The translations under genes were made by a program, and so were the position numbers. From positions 124,001-188,000 of the forward strand of contig NMRA01000140.1 of NCBI GenBank assembly GCA_002633005.1: 64,000 nt of DNA. Direction: 5' to 3'. This document shows, piece by piece, positions 12,272-24,155 of this stretch. Under the pieces are notes generated by a model, which was not told where the DNA came from, made no database searches, and saw only the letters and a list, made by a program, of their open reading frames with translations. Every line of letters starts with the position of its first letter. Within the stretch, counting starts at the first letter, position 1. Source of the DNA: Phoronis australis. Lineage: Eukaryota; Animalia; Phoronida.

Positions 12272-13925
12272 GACAAGAGCAACGTGGAGTGCTGAAATGC
12301 GCCCACGAATCAATTGCAAATGGTGTGCTTTTAGGGTTCTTTATTTGTATCATAAAAATGGCCACTAGATGGCGCAAAAACATACAATCCATCCAAAAAC
12401 AGGAACATGCCATATTTCATAAAAATCTGTCAAGGAACTTCAGAGAAACAAAGGAAAACAGAATAAAATGAAATTGCCACTAGTGGGCACAGTGTCCGTT
12501 GGATCCGCCTTCCTGCAGTGGGTTTCAGAGATAAAACTATGGGCGCAAAACAAAACTACCACTAGGAGGCACCACAGTGATCAGTCACCATCATCAAAGG
12601 TCATCTTCACACTGAGAACATATATATGCCAATTTTCAAATGATTTGGTTGATACAGAGATGGACACCAAAAACAAGATTTGAAAACAGCAAAAGTAGCC
12701 ACTAGGTGGTGCAAAATACCTCGATTCCATCCAAAAACAGGCAGATAGCATCATCACACCAATAGATGCCTATATTTAAAATTATATGAAAATCTGTTGA
12801 GCACCTTTGAAGATACTGAGTTAAACGTGCAAAAACTAAAATTGACTCTAGGGGGCACAGCAGTAGTCAGATCTGTCTGAAAGTCGTCGTCTTCCGTAGT
12901 CAACATCACATAAATACACTTGCTAAATTAAGTAAAGATCCTGCGAACGGTTTAGGAGATACAGCCATAGGCGCAACAAAAACAAAACTGCGACTAGGAG
13001 GTGCCACAGAAGTCGAAATCATCGGAAAATCATCGTCAACCATCCTCTTTATAGTAACCACATACATGCCAATTTTCACAATTACGCTTTGAGCGGTTTG
13101 ATTGATAGAGGGGTGGACACAAAAAAACACTCGAAAACAGTAAAAATGGTTACTAGGTGGCGCAAACTACGTCGAATCCATCCGAAAACGGGAGGATAGC
13201 GTCATCTCACTAATAGGAGCCTACACATTAAATTTCATGAAAATCCGTTAAGGCCTTTTGAAGATACAAAGGTAAACCTAAAAAATAAAATTGCCACTAG
13301 GGGGCACACCGGTAGTCGGATCTGTCCAAAAGTCGTCATTGTCTGTTGTTAACATAATATAAAGTACTTACTACATTTTGTAAAGATCCTGCAAACGGTT
13401 TAGGAGATACAGCCATAGGTGCAAAAAAAACACTGCCACTAGGAGGCGCCACAGTAGTCGAAATCGTTGGAAAATCATCGTCAACCGTCCTCTTCATAGT
13501 AAGCACATACATGCCAATTTTCACAATCATCCTTTGAGCGGTTTGGTTGATAGAGTGGATGCAAAAAACAGACTCAAAAACAGTAAAAATGGCCACTAGG
13601 TGGCGCAAACAATGTCGAATCCATCCGAAACAGGAGGATAGCGTCATCTCACTAACATGTGCCTACATACCAAACTTCATGAAAATCCTTTCAGGACTTT
13701 TGAAGATACAAAGGTAAGCGTAAAAAAATAAAATTGCCACTAGGGGGCACACCGGTAGTTGGATGCATCCGAAAGTTCGCTCATGCCGTCCCATTCATGA
13801 ATGGAACATATATGCCAAGTTTCATAAACGCATGTCAAAGGGTTTTGGAGATAGAGCAGCGGACGCCAGACGGACGGACGGAGATGACGGCATAATGCGT
13901 CCACATATAAATATGTGGGCGCACA
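12272..13925 (+). mobile_element. Non-autonomous Helentron-type element (HINE-like) with internal tandem core repeats
   Basis: Starts (g)acaagag. Internal subunits of about 150 bp marked by GCCACTAGG form higher-order repeats of about 445 bp (12698, 13149, 13592). A GACG microsatellite at about 13861-13882 precedes a 3' stem-loop tgcgtccacata-taaa-tatgtgggcgca. No TSD; inserted at ctatta|agtggg. Confidence 0.75.
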
Positions 13926-15033
13926 AGTGGGTATTAAATTATTTCGCCAATTGACCAGTTTATGGATAGCAAAAAGCGTCATTTACACAAAGGATTGTGG
14001 GATGGAGCATTTGGCACAAGGAGGGACGAATGCACTATTAAGTGGGTTGTACATTAGTTCACCAATTGACCTGTTTATGAAAGCGAAAACTGCCATTTAC
14101 AAAGGATTGTGGGGTGGCTGTCATCCTAAGCAGCAGGTCCAACTGACGTAGAGATCATTTCATTGTTGATCAATAACTTCCTGTGCTGTCCTTACATTTT
14201 AGATTTCCTTACACTCAACTAAGCTTCAGTACCCGGGCGGTTTCACAACTTTGTTGCACTTTGAAATGAAAATGTTGATTTAGTGTTGGGACCAGAAATT
14301 TTGAATGGAGAAGTACGTTTATTAATCATGATAAGATCAATTTAAAAAGAACTTCGGTTATTAAATTCGATTACCACAGAGACCATGAAAGAAGGTTCCG
14401 TAAAGATATTAAAGACTGTAAACACAGATCATCTATACCAAATTCAAGAGGATTGAAAAAAGATGGGCGATGAATTCAATTAGGGCATGACAATTCAACG
14501 GGAGATTTTCATAGACAATTTTTGACTTCGTGACAAGGCCTTTGCATGGTGTGATTAGAAATGACATGCTTAACAAAAGTGAAATTGCAAGAATCCCATA
14601 CACATTCAGGACGAGATTTTCAGTCTCGTCCTCTGCGTTTGAAAGAGAATTAAATCAACAACACAGCCACACTGTACGACGTTTATTATAGCTAATATTT
14701 TGACACATAAAAGCATTGCGAAAAAGTGTATTGGTACAATTTTATTAATATGCAAATTAAAGAATATATTGTTTAACAAGGTAGAGAAAATTTCTGTTCC
14801 AACAGTCCTCAACAGCAATGAACAGCAGTGTCCAGTTATCATTTTGCCTTTGTGAAATGTCCAATGACACAGCCGAAGAGAAATACTGTATGAAACAAAC
14901 CGTCCAAGCTCTCTTTGAGAACACAACACCAGATGATCTTGAAACGCCTTAATAGTTCCTTACTCCACAAATTGTCAAGCTCTTTCTTACAGCTGCCACC
15001 TTTTTCTCTTTACTAAAAAAGAAATTAATGATT

Positions 15034-15209
15034 CAGAACTACCAGACTAAGTGGAATGAGAGCTATGGTTGTGAGAAAGGTTGATGTATTCCTACGCTAT
15101 GGGTGTGAGAAAGGTTGATGTATTCCTACGCTATGGGTGTGAGAAAGCAGAACTACCAGACTAAGTGGAACAAGAGCTATGGTTGTGAGAAAGGTTGATG
15201 TATTCCTAC
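15034..15209. repeat. Compound tandem repeat (34-bp subunit inside a duplication of about 114 bp)
   Basis: gctatgg(g/t)tgtgagaaaggttgatgtattcctac occurs 3-4 times; cagaactaccagactaagtggaa occurs twice. Confidence 0.9.
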
Positions 15210-15874
15210 CAATCACGAAAAGGTTAAAAGCAAAACTTATGTTTTAAACTATTTACCGCTATGAAATTGATCTCAAATTGTTCTGAAGTCAAATTAGGGG
15301 TGATTTACAGCTAATTGCTCGAGACCAGGTGTGCCTTCAGTAACGCTAGGACTTAGCTAAAATCTAGTCTAAGTCACGTGTTTTCATTGGAAATACGCTG
15401 TCTCACGTAATCTCTGGAAGTCTTGCGTTTTAGCGAGGTCCTTGTGTTACTGAACGGAAGGCTGGTGTCAGAAATTGGGTCATCACAACGTGCCAAGCAT
15501 GGAATAAGTAACGAACTGTCAATTATTTGCAAACCCAAGAGTCATTTCCCATCTAAGGAACAACGCGAGACCAGTTTTGTAGCAGGACATGGCCTAAATA
15601 AAATTCACTTATTGGGCAGAACGCAGGTTTATAGTCCATTTAAAGAAAAGGTGAAAAGACGTCCAACATAAATTTGTTGACATGACAAACAGAAAACTAA
15701 AATAATCCCACACCAAATATTTCTTTGTTTAAACTTACTAAGGATTATTCAAGATCCTTAACAACATGCCACATTCCCAAAAATTGCCACTAACTAGAGA
15801 ACGACAAAGCAGTCGGACCTATTCAAAAATCGCCTGCCGAGGTCTGCTGATGAGAATTAAAATCTACTTTTCAT

Positions 15875-18800
15875 TCAAATCTGACACTGTAATGTAAATT
15901 TTGAATTCGCAAAATAAAAATTAAGTCTTCTCCCATTTCAACTAGACACACATCATTCAGTCTGACATAACCCAGTAGTTGGGTGATTTCATTTGCTTCA
16001 ACTTGAATATTTTTTACTCAAATATACATGCATTGCAAATGGTAGACAGGTCTGAAACGAATTCTTGCAATAATATAACAAAAAAATACTTGTGTTTTAT
16101 TAAGTGCTACGTCAAAACCATGTCGATATTGACCAGCTTCATTTGAAATCGACAGTAAACTTACATCCTCAGCGTCCATTTCATCTTCACTGAACTCTTG
16201 GTCGAACTGAATTCCATCGTCCAACTCCACATCAACACCATCCTCGATTTTCGCTGGAAGTAAATTACCACAAGTGTAGCGCAAACGTACCCGTCACAAA
16301 AGATGGTTTGTAGACAAGCATAATTTTAATTTTACGAAGAATAAAACCAAGTGAACACATAACTTACCACCACAGGATGACACCACTGACATGATTACCA
16401 AGTATATTTTAAAGCAATAAAATGGCATGCACAGCATTTATGACCAAAATCTTAAAAATGTTTTCCAGACAACATATTGATTTTAGAGGGTTTTCTATGA
16501 CAAAGTTCTTATTTTCAGGTCATTTTCCACAAAAATAGTCCAACAGTGCTTCATGATAATAATCGTAAAACGAGGGTGTGTTTAATTTATCTCGTGCAAT
16601 TTCTTGCGAGTTTTCCATACACAGCAGCTACTGTTGCCACTTATCAAGTTTTGCATCAGGAGTGATGAACTAGTGTAAAGATTGACTGGGAGTGTAGGTA
16701 GTCAGGCTTAGCAAACAGTATACAGAGAAACTAACAGGTTACAGGGAGTATAGCTAGTCAGGCTTAGCAAACAGTATACAGAGAAACTAACAGGTTACAA
16801 GGAGTATAGCTAGTCAGGTTTAGCAAACAGTATACAGAGAAACTAACAGGTTACAAGGAGTATAGCTAGTCAGGCTTAGCAAATAGTATACAGAGAAACT
16901 AACAGGTTACAGGGAGTATAGCTAGTCAGGCTTAGCAAATGGTATATAAAGAAAATGCGAGCTTACTATTCTCTGGCAATTCATTGTAAAACTTTAGGTT
17001 TCTAGCTTCGTCTGGCGTGTATTTTAATATGACATCAGCTTTCTCATTTTGATAATCTCGTAAGCTGATCAGAATGATGTCCCCAGCTTGAATCCAGACC
17101 TGAAATACAAAACGATGAGTTTTAAGAACTATTGTGTAAGAAATGAACTCACAGTTTTCAGGAAAATTCACTCGCCTGAACATTTTAGCCCGGTAATCAG
17201 GCCTGTTTTATGAAAGAAAAAGACCTTTGTATTCAGCCAGCTAAACAAGATGAAATGCAGCTTTAACTACATACGATAAAATACTAAATATCAATACAGA
17301 AAATCTTTCTAAATCCTAGACAAACAAGGAAACATTGTTTGCATGACCCTAATGCCAGACTTTTCAATACACTGATGGTGCCCTTTGTAAGAAATTGCTA
17401 CAAAATAAAACATGACGAGTGTTTTGCACGACTCCACTAAAATGCAGCTCTGCACGAGAACTATGCAAAGTTGACATTGGTGACTGGCTGCCCCAAAAAT
17501 GAGACTGAAGGTACTCCATCACACAGACCCAGATAACAGCAACGGCTTACGAGCAACTGCCCATCATAATGGCTATAGTTGATCTTCAAAAATCAATTAT
17601 GTATGTCTAGATTATAGAATGTTGAGGGTACGATGATTCTCCTTTTATTTTACATGAAAGTAGTTGCCAAAAATTGTCAGTTTCCTTTTTCAAAGGCCAA
17701 TTACCTAGCAGTAAATAATGGCAGCTTAAGCAAATCTCGTTTCACGACATCGACACACTACAAACCGTGCAGTAATACACCAAAATTTTATTAATCGTTA
17801 TTTTTGTGGACAATTTTGTCAAACTAATATTTCACTTGTTGTCCATATCATCTGCTGCAGCTGAGTAAGCGGAGAACAGCTGTAATCTCTAGCTAAGTAC
17901 TGAAACTAAGTTTCACATGCGTGACGACCACTTTAAACAAGAATGAAGAGAACCTTTTTCCTCAGCTTTCCACGGATGTGGCAAAGTCTGTCTTGTCCGT
18001 CCATGCACTTGGCTGTAAGTCTACCGTTGCCCAACATTTTAATCACCTTTGCATACTCTGTAAAGAGAAAAGAACAGCTGTTGGTCACCACCACCTGAGA
18101 ATCATCATTAGCAACAGACACCAGCATAAGTATGAGTGATTTACAGATCAAGCACATACACAAGTATAAGAATGGGTGACTTCAGGCACAGATACAGAGA
18201 GTCCAGGGGTCCAATCACATTACTATATTGGAAGAAGGTCAAGCGCCACCTATAGTATGTTTGTCCTATATTGTGGCCATCCTGGACAAAACCCTGGATC
18301 AGCAGCTGATGATACCTAAGTATGAAACCTGGAATGTGCCACACGTGGCAGTGAAAGTAAAGGTTGTATCTGGCTCAAGCGAAATGGTTGTACTTTGATA
18401 CAAAATAAACAAAATCAACAAAACATACAGTAACACCATCGGGACACTTACAGTTGCAATTCGAAAGCCTTCCTTATGACAACTTACGATATAGGTATCA
18501 AATTCTCTCCAGCATACAAACTGATATTGTAATAGCTCATTCGCCAAAAAGCACTAACTTTCCACTGAGTTTTCCTAGTTTTATCAAGTTTCGCCCAAGG
18601 TTTTAACAAAGGCTCACAAAGAGAAGTAAAAAACCAATGACAAATGCATATTCTTGCCCTGCTGACACTTAGCACAGCCATGCTCTTGCACATCTTGATG
18701 AATAAGCTTTTTAACACCAACTTAAAAAGTTTGTTTAAAAATCAAAGACAGCCAGCCCTGTGAGTAACTTTACCAACATGTTTTTCTTTCCTACTGTAAC

Positions 18801-21800
18801 TACCTTGTTCATCATCTTTAAATACAAGTTCCCGTTTCTCTTTTTCATTCTCGTTCTTCCCCCGTCTTCTGTTTTTACCTCCCTTTCCTGCAATGCAGAT
18901 AACAATTCAAGCTTCATTTCACCTTGTTCAGCTGGCTATAAACCAAAATCAAATTAAGCATTTTACTCGCGTAAAGTCAATCCTATAATATTCTAAGCGT
19001 GATAGGAATCAATGCCCATTACCAACTCAATTGATTACCAATGCTTACACGTGCTATTTATGAATTCGCAATGAACATTTTGCGAATTAACAATGTTAGG
19101 GTTGGCCAACACCAATAAGCTCTGATTAATAAGCATCTTCTTGAGTTGCTGATGGCTTTGATGTTGTTGGTAAAAGTGACAGAATCCTATCACAGTACTT
19201 TCTTCGTTCATGGGCCGGGGATGAAAGTGCAAGATTTCCATGAAAAGTTGCACCACAAGAAATCAATTTATAATACATGCTTGCTGTAACAAAGTCTTGC
19301 GTGTAATTGTTTTAACATTGAGCAAATTTTCATGTTTTTAGCTCTTTCTGCAGTTTCAGAAGAATTGTGAACACCAGTCAGTGAAAATTAGGCCAAATTC
19401 TTATCATGAATGAACTCCTTGGAGTGGATCACAAAATAAATTTTACAGGAATTGGACCAAGTTTGAGCTTTCTGATTGGCTGCAATGGAATGGTAAAATT
19501 CCCACACAGCATTATCAGCGAGTGTCGTCACCGGCCATGGAGTATTCCCAGGAGAGTATTGCTTGATTTGCCAAATTACTCCATGCACAGTTTAAGCACG
19601 TCTGCAATTGATTAACACACAACATCTTAGGTAAAGTGCCTGCTTATTTTTGAGCAAGCATACAGCTGGTAAAGTGGTAGTTTTCATTGACAACGTTCAT
19701 CTTTGGTAAGAGTCAAATATAACATGCCCGTTTAAAACCTTTCTGGCAATATGTATACAATAAAATGAAGTGGCGAAATACAGTTCTCCCAGCTCCACTG
19801 GACAATGACCCCCAGTGTACACTCACCTTTTCATGAAATCAATAACAGAAGATATTCGATAAATTACGTTTGCCTGCCAAGCGTTTTCCCTTGATCAAAT
19901 ATGTCCACCATGAAACTCGCGTTTTTTCGCAGGACACATATTCTCCTCTCAGGGAAAACAGGTTTTCTTGGAAGGCAACACACAATCCCTCCCATTTGGC
20001 AACATGGTGAATAAGCTTGGAAGTTAGTGTGCATATTCGCGTAAAATAAGCAGGTACGGAGGAGGGGTCTTAGGGAGTGGAGGTTGCGGGGGTGTGTGTG
20101 TGTGTAGGGGATGGATTCATCTAAACCCAAAGGGAATCAAAGCTTACAAGATGATTTTTGTGGTAGCACCCGCTAATTACGTCATATCTTACCATACTCA
20201 GTAAAGTGCAGCCAGCAGCGCGGAGTTGGAAGAAGCTGTGCATGACTCAAGCAGAGCGTCTGCGAGCTGTTTCAGGGGAAAATGCTTTTGACGTGAAAAA
20301 TGTCCTTAAAAATACTGATGTTCTTTTGGATATATTTTATCCGCTCAGGGTAAACGTGTTTTATCGAGAGAATAATATATGTCGTACCCCGAGAAAAACA
20401 CTTTCTTTTCACCTGGTATAAGTTACCTGCTCTTCAAAAATACAGTGAACAAGCGGTCTGCGTATTTGCGATTGCCAGCCATATTGTTTGGCGTGTATTA
20501 CTCTCGAGTTCTGAATAGCCATATAAATACGATTATTTATTTCAGACTCTTTTTCCCGTCTATACGAAGCTTATTTGGGTCTCTATGTTTATTAATTATA
20601 GATGGTTTTTCTACTCCTCCACAATTATTTGGTCAAGATGAAATTCGGAGTTGGCTGTTTCTTACTCATTTCGTGAACGTAATTTTTTGAGCACCAGAGT
20701 TTCGAACCCTGGTTGCCTGAGTGAGAACTCACAGTCCTAACCACTAGACAACGAGACACTCCTAACAAAAATTAGCAATTTTAAGGATTATAAACAATTC
20801 CACGGTACACACGGAAGTCACTTGTAATAACATGCACATGAAAAAGATTTTATTCGTTAAGTATACTACAGTACATTTCAAAGCTTAAATAATCAAACTC
20901 TAAAGTATGTATTCTCATTAGTAGCAACAAACCCATCGGATGTATACCTTGTTGCCCAATGAAAAGTTGAAAGTTATAAGACTTGTCAGCTGAGTCATGC
21001 ACGAGCCATGCCAGTTTGCTTCCGTCGTGAACACTTTACATTTTACGCAAATATGTAATCAATATTATTATTATTATTCCAGCCTATACTATTTATAAAG
21101 TTCCAAAATTTGCCATATATACCATTGATTCCATTCTATACTATTATTAATTTTTTTCCGCAAATTTCCAGTGTATACCATTATTCTACTCCTCTACTGG
21201 CAAAATGTCGGGTCTATACTATTATTCCAGTCTCTACTATTATTAGACATCTTGAAAATTTCCGGTCCATACTATTATTGCTGTCTCTACAACTATTCGG
21301 AAGTTGAGAGTAAGCAGATATGGAGTAGTGGGCCGAAGCAATGAGGATTGCGACGGGGGGGAGGGGGCGGGGGTGTGAAGGATATGAATGACTCATCTAA
21401 ACTCAAAAGTGATTGAAAGTTTAAAAGACGATTTCTGTCAGATGAGTCCAACTCCCACCTACCCCCCACTGCAAACAAAACTCGTTAGGCCCCCCTCCGC
21501 TGCATTCGCTGATTACACAACGAACGATATGGCCGGCAGTCGTAGATACGGGTACTCACGTCCAAGCTTGTTCACTATATTCTCTAAGATCAGTTGACTT
21601 TTGCTAGGTGACAAGAAAGCATTTTCTTGTGGTACAACATAATTATCCTCTCACAAAAATGTTTTCCCCGAGAGGACAATACATGTCCTCCGAGAAAACG
21701 CAAATTCGTTGGCAAACATATTTGATCCAGGGAAAACGCTTGGGAGGCAAATTTTATTTGTCATATTCTTCGCAAATGTTGTTGATTTCACGAAAAAGGC

Positions 21801-24155
21801 GGTGGTCATTGTCCAGTAGAACTGGGGAAAGTATATTTCACTACTTCATTCTATTGTATATACATACTGCCAGGAAGGTTTTAAATGGGCATGTTATATC
21901 TGACTATTACCTTCATCTTCAACACTTCTAGAGTAGTTGGATCTATTTCTTCGGATATTCCTTTGCTTTAGCCAGTTTGGAAATTGAAAAGAACACTACC
22001 AATATTTGCTGTTTCAATTACACAATGCCGAGTGAATTCTTTAAACCCTTTTATTAGCAAATAGTGTAAAACCAGAGTGAACGGGTCCCTCCTCAAAATG
22101 GGAATGTCCGTTATTCAGAGAAACTGGTTCCCAGTAGCCATTTTGAAGGGCAACCCATTTCTCCAATTTTACCAAATCTGAATTTGTGACTGTGGATAAA
22201 GTTGGCAAAAAAACTTAACTTGATTTTTTCACCAGTAGGATATAATGGACTCTAACTTAAAGAACCACTTTCATCCGCTTGGTTTTTCTTTTTAAAATAG
22301 ATCAGGTCCAAAATATTATGTCCGACTATAGCAGTAGTGCCGATACTACCTGTAGTACAGGTATGGTGAAACGAATACCACAGTGTAATTTTCAAACGTC
22401 TAGTGAACACGTGAATGCTAAAATTACGATTCTAGGTTAACAATTGATGAAGTTATAGTGGTTTTAAGTGGGACCACTACCCCCGACCACAGGCGTCCTC
22501 AGCTTCTGATCGTCCCCAATACACTACATATAATACCGTCAGAGGTCCTAAAGTCGTGAGTGCCCTAAAGTCATGAACGATCTTATTTCCTCTTCTGCGC
22601 GGTCCTGCGACATCTGGCATTGAAGTTTTCAGCGTTCGTCTGCTAACGAACGTCAAACGAATACTCGGACGTGTTCGTATTCACAATATGATAACAAACA
22701 GTGAGTGAGTGGCTTCTTTTTTCAAATGTATCTTAAAAACAGTGTATTTCACTAATTCACTTTTTGGTGCATTTTTGGGATATATTTTCGAAAATATTTA
22801 TCGTTCAGATTTACCCAAACACGCGCTCCAGGGGTAGCTTGAACAATGTATCAAAATGTCCCAGGGTCGATCAAGTTTTGTAAGGCCAAAACAATAAAAT
22901 ACAGAGTGATAATTGATGCTGGGTTCTTAGCGTTTTACGTGAACAACCTCATTGAAAACGTCTGTGCACATCAAAGTTGGGTGCAAAAAATATAACAATT
23001 TATTTCAATTGAAACTGAATTAATAAGCAATACTATGCATTTTTATGTCATCTAGAGTAACTGTAAGCACTGTAGTTGACTTGTGTGGCCATACTTCGTG
23101 CATTTCCGTCTAAACGAAACGTTCACGACTTTAGGGCCTCATTCAAAATGGCCGGTCGATATCAGCGACTGTTTTAAAACTCTGCTTATGGATACAAACA
23201 AGGATTAAGATTGTCAAAACACGTATATTTGTGAAGGCTGATATATGTCCATGATGTCACATGAGCAGTTGCAAACGGACATTGGGTAGCTTATTATGCG
23301 TATATTCACGACTTTAGGTCACCGGTGTATACTACAAGGTATGACACTCCCGACTAGAAATTCCACGGGTGCTTCACTTCAGCCATCCATAGCAAATATA
23401 AAACTCAACAAATTTACACAAAACAGAGGTTCAACAAACCATGAAGAATTGTTCTTTCTCCCAATACCATTCACGGTGTCCTGTTCCGGTGACTTTGTAA
23501 GAAATTTGCAGTCAAAGAACAAAAATGTTCACAAAAAGTCCCCACACACTTTCATCGTGCGCCGCTCGAGGTCAAGGATGGTATGGAAATTGCCGGTTTG
23601 TCGTGTAAAGTCACGATGTCGATAACTCTACACTTAGCCGCCAGTAAAAAAACTATTGAGTACTTCCGTAACTCACCGGCAATTTCCGTACCCTCCTTGA
23701 CCTCGAGCGGCGCATGATGAAAGTGTGTGGGGGCTTTATGTGAACATTTTTGTTCTTTGACTGCGAATTTCTTACAAAGTCGCAGGAGCAGGACACCGTG
23801 AATGGTATTGGGAGAAAGAACAATTCTTCATGGTTTGTTGAACCTCTGTTTTGTGTAAATTTATTGAGTTTTATATTTGCTATGGACGGCTGAAGTGAAG
23901 CACCCGTGGAATTTCTAGTCGGGAGTGTCATACCTTGTAGTATTATATGTAGTGTATTGGGGACGATCAGAAGACAGAAGCTGAGGACGCCTGTGCTCCC
24001 GACAAGACAAGAGTACTGCCCAAAGTTTCTGTGTAAGGCCAAGGGTATAAAAAAGATCGTCGTATGGTACACAACAAAATCAGATTTTAGGCAACACACG
24101 AAGTCTGATAATAGTCTTTCTCAATTGTAAAGAACATACCTTTATTTTTCGGCAT
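15875..24155 (-). CDS. EIF1A: Eukaryotic translation initiation factor 1A (143 aa, 6 coding exons)
   Basis: Minus-strand exons 24155-24140, 18887-18804, 18057-17954, 17099-16967, 16253-16165, 15880-15875; all GT-AG, 432 nt. Translation [47 protein letters not shown]...[27 protein letters not shown]...acidic tail DEMDAEDI*. The final 6-nt exon is the least certain. Confidence 0.96.
16688..16940. repeat. 56-bp minisatellite, about 4.5 near-identical copies (EIF1A intron 4)
   Basis: gtcaggcttagc (one copy gtcaggtttagc) recurs at 16701, 16757, 16813, 16869 and 16925. Confidence 0.95.
20501..21310. mobile_element. TA-flanked MITE (Tc1/mariner/pogo-like termini)
   Basis: ta|CTCTCGAGTTCTGAATAG ... 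CTATTCGGAAGTTGAGAG|ta (18-bp TIR, 3 mismatches), with repeated TATACTATTATT subterminal motifs at 21085-21295. Confidence 0.6.
20689..20759 (-). pseudogene. tRNA-derived sequence (tRNA-Glu-like pseudogene or SINE head)
   Basis: The minus strand reads GTCTCGTTGTCTAGTGGTTAGGACTGTGAGTTCTCACTCAGGCAACCAGGGTTCGAAACTCTGG, with A-box- and B-box-like motifs and CTC at the anticodon position. The acceptor stem does not pair. Confidence 0.55.
22536..23327. mobile_element. TA-flanked MITE-like element with repeated subterminal CCTAAAGTCGTGA motifs
   Basis: The motif occurs forward at about 22547 and 22564 and inverted at about 23123 and 23306. TA lies on both sides, and the element abuts the foldback element. 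Confidence 0.55.
23332..23940. mobile_element. Foldback MITE with about 269-bp inverted arms, TA-flanked (EIF1A intron 1)
   Basis: Arm 23329-23597 is the reverse complement of arm 23675-23943 (about 11 mismatches by eye), with a 77-bp spacer. Termini ta|CTACAAGG...CCTTGTAG|ta. Confidence 0.85.

Larger units (their letters stand above)
19705..21911. repeat. Diverged inverted repeat pair of about 250 bp (19705-19962 and 21659-21911)
   Basis: For example atataacatgcccgtttaaaacctttctggca versus tgccaggaaggttttaaatgggcatgttatat, and ccaagcgttttcccttgatcaaatatgt versus acatatttgatccagggaaaacgcttgg. Confidence 0.75.

Noticed and set aside
12906-13982. Repeated similar short ORFs
   Set aside because: Translations of the HINE core repeats, with no Rep or helicase motifs.
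14606-14630. Alternative eIF1A last exon (RTRLKISS*)
   Set aside because: The nearer acceptor at 15880 gives the conserved acidic-Ile C-terminus.
6140-16940. Short periodic repeats (6140-6495, 15034-15209, 16688-16940) as CRISPR-like arrays
   Set aside because: Eukaryotic context, no unique spacers between conserved repeats and no cas genes; these are ordinary minisatellites.
23296-24099. Two similar ORFs on opposite strands (109 and 148 aa)
   Set aside because: They are translations of the two arms of the foldback MITE, with no recognisable domain.
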